Part shown: piece by piece, positions 10,825 through 20,179 of the stretch
Position numbering within the stretch: the stretch's first letter is position 1
Layout: the number at the start of each line of letters is the position of its first letter
Origin: Deinococcota bacterium
GTDB lineage: Bacteria; Deinococcota; Deinococci; Deinococcales; Thermaceae
Direction of reading: 5' to 3'
Assembly (NCBI GenBank): GCA_041695225.1
Contig: JBGFRI010000020.1
Span: forward strand, 1 to 55,950
DNA: 55,950 nucleotides
Notes under the pieces: generated by a model
Database searches by the model: none
Seen by the model: only the letters and a program-made list of their open reading frames with translations
Told to the model about the DNA's origin: nothing
Program-made: the position numbers and the translations under genes

Positions 10825-12003
10825 GTGAATCCGCTCTCGCTGCTCTTCCTCACCCTGTTCAACAGCATGCTGGGTCTGTCGGTCTTGTTTCCCATTCTGG
10901 GGCCTCTTTCCCGCGAGCTTGGACTGAGTGAGGTGCAGGTGGGTTTTTTCTCGACTGGCTATGCCCTCATGCAGTTTGCCCTTTCACCCTATTGGGGGCG
11001 CCAGAGCGAGACGGTAGGTCGCAAGCCCATTCTGCTGCTGGGAATTGTGGGGTTCGCGGCAAGCTTCTTTCTGTTTGCGTTTTTTGCGTGGCTGGGCTAC
11101 CAGCAGCTGCTTCTGGGCTGGGGCCTGTTCGCTGCCATGCTGCTGGCCAGGCTTGTGGGTGGTGCTTTTTCCTCGGCTACCCTCCCAACCGCCCAGGCCT
11201 ACCTGGCCGATATCACCCCCAAAGACCGTCGCACCCAGAATTTTGCCGTGCTAGGTGCGGCGTTCGGCCTGGGGATTATCGTGGGCCCGGCTATTGGTGC
11301 CGGACTGGCCCATTTTGGCCTGCTGGTTCCGGTGGTTTTTTCTGCCGGGCTGGCCCTTCTGAACGCGCTTTTTGTCCGGCTGGTTCTACCCGAGTCGCGC
11401 CGGCCCGAAACCCGTTTCTTCCGAGTACCTCAGCTGCGCTGGTCCGACCCCCGCATACAACCCTTGCTTTTTATAGGCCTGAGCATCAATCTGGCCACCA
11501 TTGCCATGGAGCAGACCATCGCCTTTTTGTTCCAGGACCGTCTGATGCTCGGCCCAACCCAGGCTGCCCAGACCGTTGGTATTGCCCTGGTGCTGTTTGG
11601 TTTTGTAGCGGTACTGGTACAGGGCTTCTGGGTACGCAGGGTCAGATGGTCGCCTAGGGCCCTGCTGGGTCTGGGCTTGCCGCTTCTGCTGCTAGGCTAC
11701 CTGGGCCTGGTATTTGCCTCTAGTTTTGCCGCACTCACCGCCTCTCTGGTCTTGCTGGGCCTGGGTTCGATGGCCACTGCCGGCCTGACAGCAGCCCAGT
11801 CACTGGCCGTTTCGGACGACGAACAGGGCGCCGTGGCCGGTCTGGCCAGCTCGGCCCAGGCGCTAGGCCGGATGCTGGGGCCGCTAGCAGGAACCTCGTT
11901 ATATGGGCTTTCCCCGGCCTATCCGTATGTGTTTTCGGCGCTTCTAATCGGGCTGGCGCTGATATTTTTCCTCAGCAGGCCGCAGCTAGGGCGTAGCAAC
12001 TAG
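10825..12003 (+). CDS. MFS transporter (TetA/DHA1-like)
   Basis: About 12 TM segments, WGRQSETVGRKP motif A, AFGLGIIVGPAIG motif C. Confidence 0.9.
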   Translation: MNPLSLLFLTLFNSMLGLSVLFPILGPLSRELGLSEVQVGFFSTGYALMQFALSPYWGRQSETVGRKPILLLGIVGFAASFFLFAFFAWLGYQQLLLGWGLFAAMLLARLVGGAFSSATLPTAQAYLADITPKDRRTQNFAVLGAAFGLGIIVGPAIGAGLAHFGLLVPVVFSAGLALLNALFVRLVLPESRRPETRFFRVPQLRWSDPRIQPLLFIGLSINLATIAMEQTIAFLFQDRLMLGPTQAAQTVGIALVLFGFVAVLVQGFWVRRVRWSPRALLGLGLPLLLLGYLGLVFASSFAALTASLVLLGLGSMATAGLTAAQSLAVSDDEQGAVAGLASSAQALGRMLGPLAGTSLYGLSPAYPYVFSALLIGLALIFFLSRPQLGRSN

Positions 12004-12493
12004 GGCAGATTATTCTCGGTTGGCCCTGCTTCCCCCCGGCAGCCCTTTTTACAATTCCAGCTCCTGACTGCTGCGTGTGGATTCACCTGAACCACGCAGG
12101 GTGGCCGGTAGCTAACGGCCACCGTTTGAGGAGGTGGCTGCGTGCATCAGGTCCAATAGTTTTCCGATAAAGCCTTTGGTCTTTTCGCGTCGTGTAAGGT
12201 CGTCCGTTGCGAGTTCGATCCGGCGCGGCTAAGCCTCGATAACTTCGTGGGCTTTGAGCCCGGTGCCATCTCGAGACCCACAACCTCACCGCTCTCGCCT
12301 ACCTCGTTGCCAGAAAGCTCGACTTTGCTGCCCACTTGAGATAGCGAGGAGCCACAATTCCAGGTTTACCAGTGACCGCTCAATGGTTGCGTTGTTGAAG
12401 ATGGGCCAGACCTGGGCCAGTTTTTTGTGCTTGTTGGCACTAAGTAACGCTTGGTATCCAGCGCCTGCGGGTTATAATCCCCCCAATCTTTCT

Positions 12494-13249
12494 ATGAGGC
12501 TAGGTTTTAGTCCCCTCACCGCTGGCCTTAACTACCGCCAGTCCTTCGACTTAGGGGCGGAGTTGGGCCTGTTTTTGGAGATCTCCTACGACCAGCACGA
12601 GATGGACCCCCGGCTGCCGGGCGCTAGGGAGCTGGCCGAGATGGGCCGGGTTTCGGGAGTAGGTTTTAGCCTGCACCTACCGTTTGTGGACTGGAACCTG
12701 GCCTCGCTGGTGCCGTCGGTGCAGCACTTGTCTCTTCAACGCACCCAGCGGGCTATTCAGTTCGGCGCCAAGATCGGGGCGGCCTGTGGAGTACTGCATA
12801 CCGGCCAGATTCCTCTGCGGCTTCCCGAGGCGGTCGCCCGCGCCCACCAGCTCGTAAACCAGGCGCTCGACAGCCTCGAGCTACCAATTCCGGTTGCTCT
12901 GGAGAATCTGGGCCTGAACGGGGCAGATCTGCTGTTATCACCTGCCGAGCTGGCCGATCTGCTAGATGCCCACCCCCGGTATGGCTTCTGTCTGGACGTG
13001 GGGCACGCCATGATCCAGCGCGGCCCCGCCGGGCCAGCCGAGTACCATGGCCTCCTGCATTCACGCTTGATTCACCTGCACCTGCACGACAACCAGGGCC
13101 AGTGCGACCAGCACCTGCCCTGTGGGGTGGGGCTGATGGACTGGGACTGGGTACGTCTGGCGCTAAAAGAGTTTGCCGGAACGGTAGCCCTCGAGGTGAA
13201 GGGTGGGGTGGATGGCGTGCGCCAGAGTGTGGCCTTGCTGCGAAATTGA
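12494..13249 (+). CDS. Sugar phosphate isomerase/epimerase (AP endonuclease 2 TIM barrel)
   Basis: SLHLPF, LHTG, ALEN, CLDVGHA, HLHLHDNQG..DQHL, ALEV. Confidence 0.88.
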   Translation: MRLGFSPLTAGLNYRQSFDLGAELGLFLEISYDQHEMDPRLPGARELAEMGRVSGVGFSLHLPFVDWNLASLVPSVQHLSLQRTQRAIQFGAKIGAACGVLHTGQIPLRLPEAVARAHQLVNQALDSLELPIPVALENLGLNGADLLLSPAELADLLDAHPRYGFCLDVGHAMIQRGPAGPAEYHGLLHSRLIHLHLHDNQGQCDQHLPCGVGLMDWDWVRLALKEFAGTVALEVKGGVDGVRQSVALLRN

Positions 13250-13438
13250 ACTGAGAATCGCAAGGGTTCTGAATGGGTTTATTTCATGAGGTAAGGTGCT
13301 AGATGTCTCAGAACAGAGCAAGGAAAGCTCGTCAAAATAGGGCCTGACCACTCTAGTGCAATTAATATTTGATTTCTGGTAGTCTTTGGGCACTGACCGG
13401 ATCACTAGCAAGGCGGTCTGGCGAGGAGGAATCGAGCA

Positions 13439-14191
13439 ATGCCGATTGAGCGCATCGAAGTTTACCTGGATGGTGGCGCCGAGCCTGTGCAGGTGCTAAC
13501 CCAGCCCCCTTTTAAGGTCACCTATGATACTCGCTCGCTGAGCGATGGTGAGCACCAGCTCCGGGTAGTGACCCACTATGTGGGTGGCGCCAGAGAAGTG
13601 AAAGAGATTCCTTTCAAGGTGGCCAACACCCCTGGTGTGCTGGTAGAGGGTCTGGAGGAAGGCAAAGAAGTCACGGGCACTCTGGATGTAACCTTGCGGG
13701 TCGCCGACCCCGAGGTCAAGCCTGCGCGCGAAAAGTTCCCCGGCCTGGCTGCCGCTATTGCTACCGCGGTCATCCTGGGGGGAATCTGGCTGTTCTTCGC
13801 AGCTACCGGCGTTACCGACCAGGCCGTCGAGGAGCTGGCCAGGCCCCCGGCAGTGGTTGAAGAAGTGGCTCCACCAGTAGTAGCGCCTGCCCCAGTGGCA
13901 GTGGACGCAGCAGTCATGGCCAAGGGAGAAGCAGCCTATACTGCCCACTGCGCCGCCTGCCACCAGCCGACCGGCCGGGGAATCCCTGGAGTATTCCCAC
14001 CCCTGGCTGCTGGGCCAAATATGGCCAATCACGAGTACACCATCAATATCACTCTGCGCGGCAAGGGCGCCATGCCAGGCTTTGCCCACCTCACCGATGA
14101 AGAGGTAGCGGCGGTTCTTACCTTCACTAAAAATAGCTGGGGCAATAACTTCGGGGCCGTCACCCCAGAGCAGGTCGCGGCGCTGCGCTAA
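13439..14191 (+). CDS. fbcC: Cytochrome c subunit of complex III (Ig-like N-domain, TM helix, monoheme c)
   Basis: CAACH, GVFPPL, AMPGF; first gene of the cluster with Rieske and cytochrome b. Confidence 0.85.
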   Translation: MPIERIEVYLDGGAEPVQVLTQPPFKVTYDTRSLSDGEHQLRVVTHYVGGAREVKEIPFKVANTPGVLVEGLEEGKEVTGTLDVTLRVADPEVKPAREKFPGLAAAIATAVILGGIWLFFAATGVTDQAVEELARPPAVVEEVAPPVVAPAPVAVDAAVMAKGEAAYTAHCAACHQPTGRGIPGVFPPLAAGPNMANHEYTINITLRGKGAMPGFAHLTDEEVAAVLTFTKNSWGNNFGAVTPEQVAALR

Positions 14192-14211
14192 GGCCCGGCA
14201 GGAGGTATGTG

Positions 14212-14700
14212 ATGTACCGCAACGATACGGTGGTTCCCTACTTTGCCCTGGTCTTTTCGGCAGCGCTTTTCCTGATCTCTTACTTGAACGTCCAGCTGCT
14301 ATTTGACCGTGGGGTCGAGCTGCCGCGCCTGCCGGTGGGTACCATTGGGCTAATGGCCTTTGCCATGGTATTTTTCCTCTATGGTTTCATCGGGCTCATC
14401 AGCAACTGGCTCGAGGGCTCGGAACTTCGTCCCGGCAAACATTACCCCGAACCCAGCAGCTTGCCGGTGGTGGTGGGGGTAGTACTCTCAATTCTGCTGG
14501 TGGTGCTCTCGGGCTTCTTTGTTCGCACCCTGGTTTTTGCCGCTGACCCCGAGTTCGGCTACTATAGCGACCCCACCCTGCAAGGCGGTGTGTTTGCCAG
14601 CATGATGCTGCTACTGGCAGTTTTGATCGTGATCTACAAGAAATTCTTCATGGAAGAAGAGGTGCTTGCCGAGGATGAGAAAAGCGAGTTCCCCTGGTGA
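14212..14700 (+). CDS. fbcX: Small hydrophobic subunit of Thermus-type complex III
   Basis: About 4 TM helices; located between the cytochrome c and Rieske genes. Confidence 0.75.
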   Translation: MYRNDTVVPYFALVFSAALFLISYLNVQLLFDRGVELPRLPVGTIGLMAFAMVFFLYGFIGLISNWLEGSELRPGKHYPEPSSLPVVVGVVLSILLVVLSGFFVRTLVFAADPEFGYYSDPTLQGGVFASMMLLLAVLIVIYKKFFMEEEVLAEDEKSEFPW

Positions 14701-14781
14701 GGCCGCCATGCGGAGGAGACTTACCTTATCCCTTTTGGCCCTGTAGAAATACTAAGTTTAGAACATCTGGAGGAGTAAAAA

Positions 14782-15417
14782 ATGGCTGAACATGAAGCCA
14801 AAATACCTGAGCACGACCACCCCGAAGACCCCCAGGCCCATGCCACCCGGCGGGCCGTGCTGCAAGCCGCCATAGGGGTAAGCGCGGGCGCGGCAGTGCT
14901 CTCTACCCTGTGGGTAGGAGCGGGCCTGATCCCGCGGGTGTATGTCCTGCCCACCATGGAGCCCGTTGCGGTTGGCGATACTCTGGTGTTTGCCTCTGGG
15001 CCCAGAGTCGACCAGCCCATCACCCTGGACGACCTGCGGGCACGCCGGGCTGAGCCGATACCATTCTTCATCGCCTTTCCCAAAAGCCCGGAAAACGTGG
15101 TCAAGAAAGATCTGGCCACCAACATCATCATGGTCATTCTGGCCGACCCGGCCCGGATGAGCTCCGAGACCCGGCAACACGCCTCCGCCGAGGGAGTGCT
15201 GGCCTACTCCGCCGTCTGCAAGCACCTGGGCTGTACCGTTAGCCAGTGGCGGGCCGGTGTCTGGACCTGCCCCTGCCACTTTGGCAAATACGACATCTAC
15301 AACCAGGCCAGGGTGATTGGCGGCCCGGTGCCGGCCCCGGTTCCCCAGCTTCCGGTGCGGGTTGAAGAGGGCCGGGTGGTGGTAGCCGGTGAGTTTTTAG
15401 GTCGGCCCGGCGCGTGA
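14782..15417 (+). CDS. fbcF: Rieske 2Fe-2S protein
   Basis: Tat motif TRRAVL; CKHLGC and CPCH boxes. Confidence 0.93.
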   Translation: MAEHEAKIPEHDHPEDPQAHATRRAVLQAAIGVSAGAAVLSTLWVGAGLIPRVYVLPTMEPVAVGDTLVFASGPRVDQPITLDDLRARRAEPIPFFIAFPKSPENVVKKDLATNIIMVILADPARMSSETRQHASAEGVLAYSAVCKHLGCTVSQWRAGVWTCPCHFGKYDIYNQARVIGGPVPAPVPQLPVRVEEGRVVVAGEFLGRPGA

Positions 15418-15433
15418 TGTATACGGAGGAAGC

Positions 15434-16723
15434 ATGTATCAGTGGCTAGACGATCGTTTGAGCATCGGCAGGCTGTATGCCAAGGCTTTTCGCAAAGCCT
15501 TCCCGGTGCATCACTCCTTCTTTTTGGGAGAGATTACCCTTTTCGCCTTCATTACCCTGGTGCTAACCGGCATCTTCCTTACCTTCAACTACGAGCCTTC
15601 AATTCGCCCAGTATCGGGGCCGCTAACCGACGGCAAGGAGGTGCCAGCCGCCTACTACTCCATCCTGTACATTGACTCTCTGCCATTTGGCGCAGTGATC
15701 CGCTCGCTGCACCACTGGGCAGCTCACATCATGATTGCAGCGGCCTTCTTGCACATGCTGCGGATTCACCTGACCGGGGCTTACAAAAACCCCCGTGAGT
15801 TGAACTGGATTATTGGGGTCTTTTTGCTGGTCCTGTCCATCGTCACGGCCTTTACCGGGTACGCCCTGCCCTACGACAACTACTCCTTTACCGCTACCCT
15901 GATCGGCTACGAGATTGGCGCTGCTGCACCCTGGGTTGGAGGACTCATCTCGAACATCCTGTTTGGTGGAGAGATGTCGCTCACCAACACCCATATGATT
16001 CCCCGACTGTATGCCATCCATGTGCTGTGGCTGCCGCTGATAATGGGCGCGCTTATTGCCGCACACCTGGCCATCATGATCAAGCAGAAACACACCCAGC
16101 CCAAATACGCCGAGAAACTGGCGCCGGGCAAGGTTGTGGGCGTGCCCCTCTTTCCCCAGCAGGCCGCCATGATGGGCGTGCTGTTCCTCGTCTTCCTGGC
16201 GGTCTCGACCTTCATTGCCGGGGCCTTCCTGGCCCACCCGGTGCAGGCTTATGGCCCTCCCACCATCGAGACCCCGGCAGTCAAGCCCGACTGGTACTTC
16301 ATGTGGATATTTGGGATTTTACAGATGATCCCGGCCACCTGGAGTTTTGAGTTTCTGGGGGCCACCTTTGGGCCGCAGTTCTGGGGCGGTATCCTGGTGC
16401 CTACCATCATCATTCTGGGTGCGCTGGCAATCCCTTTCCTGGACTACTCTAAGGACAAGCGGCGCTACCTCGAGCTGCCCAGCCGGCACCCCTTCCGCAC
16501 CAGTTTTGTGATCGGCATGGTGATGTTTTACCTCATGAGCACCATGGCGGGTTACAAGACCGGCCTGGGCCTCTCGATTGGCCAGCTCTGGGTTTTAGTA
16601 CTGGTAGTACCCACCCTTACGGGTGTGGTTAGCTACATTATCCTGAGGGCGGTCTACGGCAAAGACTGGAATCAGGAGACCGATCTGGAGCTGAAGGGGA
16701 AAGGCTCCGCCGCAGACGATTGA
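15434..16723 (+). CDS. fbcB: Cytochrome b of the bc complex
   Basis: RSLHHWAAH..LHMLR, PRELNW, FTGYALP, KPDWYF. Confidence 0.95.
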   Translation: MYQWLDDRLSIGRLYAKAFRKAFPVHHSFFLGEITLFAFITLVLTGIFLTFNYEPSIRPVSGPLTDGKEVPAAYYSILYIDSLPFGAVIRSLHHWAAHIMIAAAFLHMLRIHLTGAYKNPRELNWIIGVFLLVLSIVTAFTGYALPYDNYSFTATLIGYEIGAAAPWVGGLISNILFGGEMSLTNTHMIPRLYAIHVLWLPLIMGALIAAHLAIMIKQKHTQPKYAEKLAPGKVVGVPLFPQQAAMMGVLFLVFLAVSTFIAGAFLAHPVQAYGPPTIETPAVKPDWYFMWIFGILQMIPATWSFEFLGATFGPQFWGGILVPTIIILGALAIPFLDYSKDKRRYLELPSRHPFRTSFVIGMVMFYLMSTMAGYKTGLGLSIGQLWVLVLVVPTLTGVVSYIILRAVYGKDWNQETDLELKGKGSAADD

Positions 16724-16769
16724 TACGGCACTCCCTTAGGTGACCATGGTTGTGCGGTCATGGCGTTTT

Positions 16770-16858
16770 CCTTCGACTTCGCTCAGGACAGGCCCTGCGA
16801 CTGCTCCTTCGACAACCCTTCGACATGCTCAGGGCAAGGCTCAGGACAGGCCCTGCGA
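16770..16858 (+). repeat. Nested REP-like units CCTTCGAC-N2/3-GCTCAGG
   Basis: CCTTCGACTTCGCTCAGGACAGG and CCCTTCGACATGCTCAGGG; same family, inverted, at 32531-32617. Confidence 0.75.
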
Positions 16859-17088
16859 GATGCTTCTATCTTGACCCTGGTCTCCGAAAGCTCGAACCAG
16901 CGGTCAGGGTGGGGCATAGTCAAGTATCTCAGGCTCAGGACAAGCCCTTAGGTCTGGCAGTCCGGGAACGCCTGTTGTGGGTAGGCATTTGCCGGACTGC
17001 CTCGAGGCCATTTGGGGCCTTGCCTCGACAGGCTCGCCACCGGGGCAGTGGTTTTTCCGTCTTGGCGACTAATGCTATATACGTAAAT

Positions 17089-17117
17089 TTACACCCAGGG
17101 GTAGGTCCTGGGTGTAA
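17089..17117. terminator. Hairpin, probable terminator downstream of the aldolase gene
   Basis: TTACACCCAGG-N7-CCTGGGTGTAA. Confidence 0.6.
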
Positions 17118-17135
17118 TGTTCAGTGCGCCTGAAG

Positions 17136-18140
17136 TCAGGCCCGCGCGGCTTCCAGGCTGCCATGGAGCGTCCACCAGGGCTTGGCGCCCTTGGCCAGTA
17201 CCTGGTTGAGCATCTGGATGTTCTTCACGCCCTGGTCGGATAGCCAGTCCTCTAGCGCCTTTACACCGTGTTTGGCATACACTGGAATCCCATCCTGCCA
17301 GGTTGCCCGCCCGCACAACACCCCACTGAAGGGTACGCCAGCCTCGGCGGCCATCTCTAGCGACTCGCGGAAGACTGCGTCGCTTACGCCCGCCGAGAGA
17401 TAGATGAAGGGCCTGCCAGCAGCACTAGCGGCGTCCTTGAGAAATTGCAGGGCCTGGGAGCGGGTGTAGGCTTCCTCGCCTTTGAATCCCAGGGTACCGC
17501 TGGTATAGGCGATGTTGAAAGGCAGCTCTACCTTGAGGACGTCCACCCCATAGCGGTCTTTGGAAAACTCCTCCATGTACCTGGCCACGTAGCGGGGCTT
17601 GGCCCTGGCGAGCTCGAGGCCCTCGCCCAGCCTGTCGTCGTAGGCGATGGGCTCCAGAAAAAAGGGTACTTCCAGGGCGGCGCACTCGGCCCCTACCCGC
17701 TCGATGAAGGCATGTTTGATGGTATTAATTTTTGCGTCGTCGTCGGGGTTGTAGTAGAGCAGAATTTTCACCGCGTCAGCGCCGGCCTCGAGGATGCGCC
17801 TTACGCTCAGGTCGGGTAGCAGGTCGGGCAGACGGCCCGGTGTGCTGGTATCGTAGCCCGACTTCTCGTAGGCCAGCAACACCCCGGTTCGCGGGGCCTT
17901 GGACGCCAGCGCAGGCAGGCCGTACTCGGTATCAATCAGAATCGCCGAGGCATAGGGGGTAAGAATTTTGACCACGGCGGTTTTGAACTCAGTCAGTTCG
18001 GCACTGCCTACTTCTGCACCTTTGGCCTTGGCGATCGCCTTGCGCAGTGAGCCTCGCTGGTCCATTGCAGCGGCTGCAATCACACCTTTGTCGTCGGCGC
18101 AAGCCTGAATCCGTTCAACCTTTCCTCTGCTCAGTCTCAT
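17136..18140 (-). CDS. Tagatose-1,6-bisphosphate aldolase (LacD family)
   Basis: AAMDQRGSL, EFK, LAYEKSGYD, AVKILLYY, DVLKVE, YLSAGV, GVLCGRATW. Confidence 0.9.
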   Translation of the reverse strand: MRLSRGKVERIQACADDKGVIAAAAMDQRGSLRKAIAKAKGAEVGSAELTEFKTAVVKILTPYASAILIDTEYGLPALASKAPRTGVLLAYEKSGYDTSTPGRLPDLLPDLSVRRILEAGADAVKILLYYNPDDDAKINTIKHAFIERVGAECAALEVPFFLEPIAYDDRLGEGLELARAKPRYVARYMEEFSKDRYGVDVLKVELPFNIAYTSGTLGFKGEEAYTRSQALQFLKDAASAAGRPFIYLSAGVSDAVFRESLEMAAEAGVPFSGVLCGRATWQDGIPVYAKHGVKALEDWLSDQGVKNIQMLNQVLAKGAKPWWTLHGSLEAARA

Positions 18141-18204
18141 AGTTGTCTCCAGTCCTAAGTCTACCCTAGTGACAGGCGTTCTGGACAAGTCCTGTGGCCC
18201 AGTT

Positions 18205-18564
18205 TTACCGCTGAATGTCACCCTTCTTCAGCGGCAGTCCCGCGGCCTGCCAGCCGGAAATGCCCCCGGCCAGGTTGTAGACCTCCAGTCCCTTGCTGGC
18301 CAGAAACTCGGCGGCTTGTTGGCTTCGGCCGCCATTCTCGCACTGGCAGATGATGGGTTTGTTTTTGGGGAGAGTTTCCCAGCGCTTGGCCAGCTCGGCC
18401 AGTGGCAGTCCTTGTGTGCCAGGAATTTTACTCATCTTGCGCTCGAGGGGGGTGCGTACATCTATCATCACCGCCCCCGCCCTGAGCTTTTCCTGTGCTT
18501 GCTTGGCAGTAATTCGGGGCACTCTGGGCCCCAGCCCCAGGAGTTTTTTCAACCAGTTCCACAT
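18205..18564 (-). CDS. Single-domain rhodanese
   Basis: IDVRTP.E, CENGGRS, NLAGGISGW. Confidence 0.9.
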   Translation of the reverse strand: MWNWLKKLLGLGPRVPRITAKQAQEKLRAGAVMIDVRTPLERKMSKIPGTQGLPLAELAKRWETLPKNKPIICQCENGGRSQQAAEFLASKGLEVYNLAGGISGWQAAGLPLKKGDIQR

Positions 18565-18608
18565 ACCACTAGTCTATGGTTTTTTGCCCGCTGTTAGGAT
18601 TCCCTTGC

Positions 18609-18635
18609 ATAATATATCCCCAGGGGATATATTAT
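18609..18635. promoter_or_regulatory. Perfect palindromic operator, CsoR/CstR-like
   Basis: ATAATATATCCCC-A-GGGGATATATTAT, overlapping TTGCAT-17-TATATT. Confidence 0.75.
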
Positions 18636-18675
18636 CTCTATTAGGGGCTAACCACCTCACCAAAAGGAGTAGACC

Positions 18676-19353
18676 ATGTTTCTAGATGAAAAAGTACAAG
18701 GCCAGGTACGCGAGATGCTGGCTCCCATTCATACCCAGGTGGAACTGGTAGTGTTTACCACCTCGGGGATCGAACTCCCAGGGCAGGAAGTAGGGCTGCA
18801 GGACGAGACCCTGGGCTTGCTGAGGGAGGTGGCAGCCCTGAACCCACATCTGACCGTGGAGCAGCGTTCCCTGCACTCCGACCCCGAGGCCCAGGCCCTA
18901 AGCCTGCGCCATGCCCCAACCATCTTGTTGCGTGAAAAGGGCTCCCAGCGCAGCAATATTCGCTTTTTAGGACTGCCCGCAGGCTACGAGTTTAGCACGC
19001 TTATCGAGACCCTGCTAATCTTGGGCACGGGGGATAGCAAGCTGGGCGAGAAATCCCAGGCCGAACTGCAAAAAGTCAACTCTCCGGTGCTTATGCAAGC
19101 CTTTGTCACCCCCACCTGCCCCTACTGCCCCCAGGCAGTTCTGGCTACCTACAAACTGGCCTACCACAACCCCCAGGTGGTAGCCGAAGGAATCGAGGCT
19201 AATGAGTTTCCCCAGCTCTCGAGGCGTCACAACATCTCCGGAGTGCCCGACACCATCATCAGCGGGGCAACCCAGCAGCGGGTTCTGGGGGGGCAGCCAG
19301 ACCGGGTCTTTGTGGAAGCCGCCCTCAAGGCCAGTGCGGGGGTGGTGGCATGA
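18676..19353 (+). CDS. Protein-disulfide oxidoreductase (AhpF N-terminal domain / PDO family)
   Basis: IRFLGLPAGYEFSTLI, FVTPTCPYCP, ISGVP. Confidence 0.9.
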   Translation: MFLDEKVQGQVREMLAPIHTQVELVVFTTSGIELPGQEVGLQDETLGLLREVAALNPHLTVEQRSLHSDPEAQALSLRHAPTILLREKGSQRSNIRFLGLPAGYEFSTLIETLLILGTGDSKLGEKSQAELQKVNSPVLMQAFVTPTCPYCPQAVLATYKLAYHNPQVVAEGIEANEFPQLSRRHNISGVPDTIISGATQQRVLGGQPDRVFVEAALKASAGVVA

Positions 19354-19718
19354 AGGCGTTCGTCGGCCTGATGGTTATCCTGATGGTCTCGCTGGGGCTG
19401 GCCCAGGGATTCAGGGTGGTGACGGTGGATGACCTCAAGCGGGCGCTGCCCGACCCCAGAACCTTTGTGATTGACGTGCGTACTCCGCAGGAGTTTGCCC
19501 GGGGACACGTGCCTGGGGCGGTTAACTGGCCTTTGCAGCAGATCGAGAGCTGGTGGGGCAAGGTACCCCGCGACCGGGTGGTTTTTGTCAAGTGCAACAC
19601 CCAGAATCGCAGCCGGCTGGCGGCGCAGTTTCTGCTCTCCAAGGGCTATCGGGACCTTAGACTGGTAAATGGAGGCATCCAGGCCTGGACGGCGCGGGGC
19701 TTCCGGGTCGCGCGTTGA
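19350..19718 (+). CDS. Exported rhodanese-like protein
   Basis: Signal peptide ending LGLA-Q; IDVRTPQEFARGHVPGA, CNTQNRS, GGIQAW. Confidence 0.88.
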   Translation: MKAFVGLMVILMVSLGLAQGFRVVTVDDLKRALPDPRTFVIDVRTPQEFARGHVPGAVNWPLQQIESWWGKVPRDRVVFVKCNTQNRSRLAAQFLLSKGYRDLRLVNGGIQAWTARGFRVAR

Positions 19719-20179
19719 GGCGTGTTGGGCGAAGCGCTCTGGACTTCTAAAATTGGCAAGACAGCCCACGCCCTGTGTCTGCCCCGTCAGGAGGCCAGGT
19801 GCCTGTTATGCAAATCAGTGGCGCAGTTGCGGGAGGGTTGGGACAGCCTGACCCTCTCGATTGAGGTACGCAGTGCGCTGACCTCGGTGAGAAAAGAGGC
19901 TCCAAAGACCTGCCTGACCCGTTGCCCGGCAGGCCTAAAGCAGGTCGAAGCGGTCCAACTGGCTAGATTGTACGTTTGCTCTGGGTAAGCTCCAAATTAG
20001 CCCGGTAACCAGTAGGCTTTATAGCGCCGTGCGCATGGCCTGGTCGGCGCCGATGGCCGCCAAGCAAGTTAGGCGGTAAGACTGCTTCATCAGTAATGTC
20101 GTGCGTCAATATCACGGACTGCTGCTTCCGGCTATCCTATATCGGGCTGGCAGGAAGCATTTCTATAACGGCGCTGCTC

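Noticed and set aside
19722..19988. 88-aa ORF after the exported rhodanese
   Set aside because: No motif or convincing start; may be a decayed fragment, but I cannot support a call.
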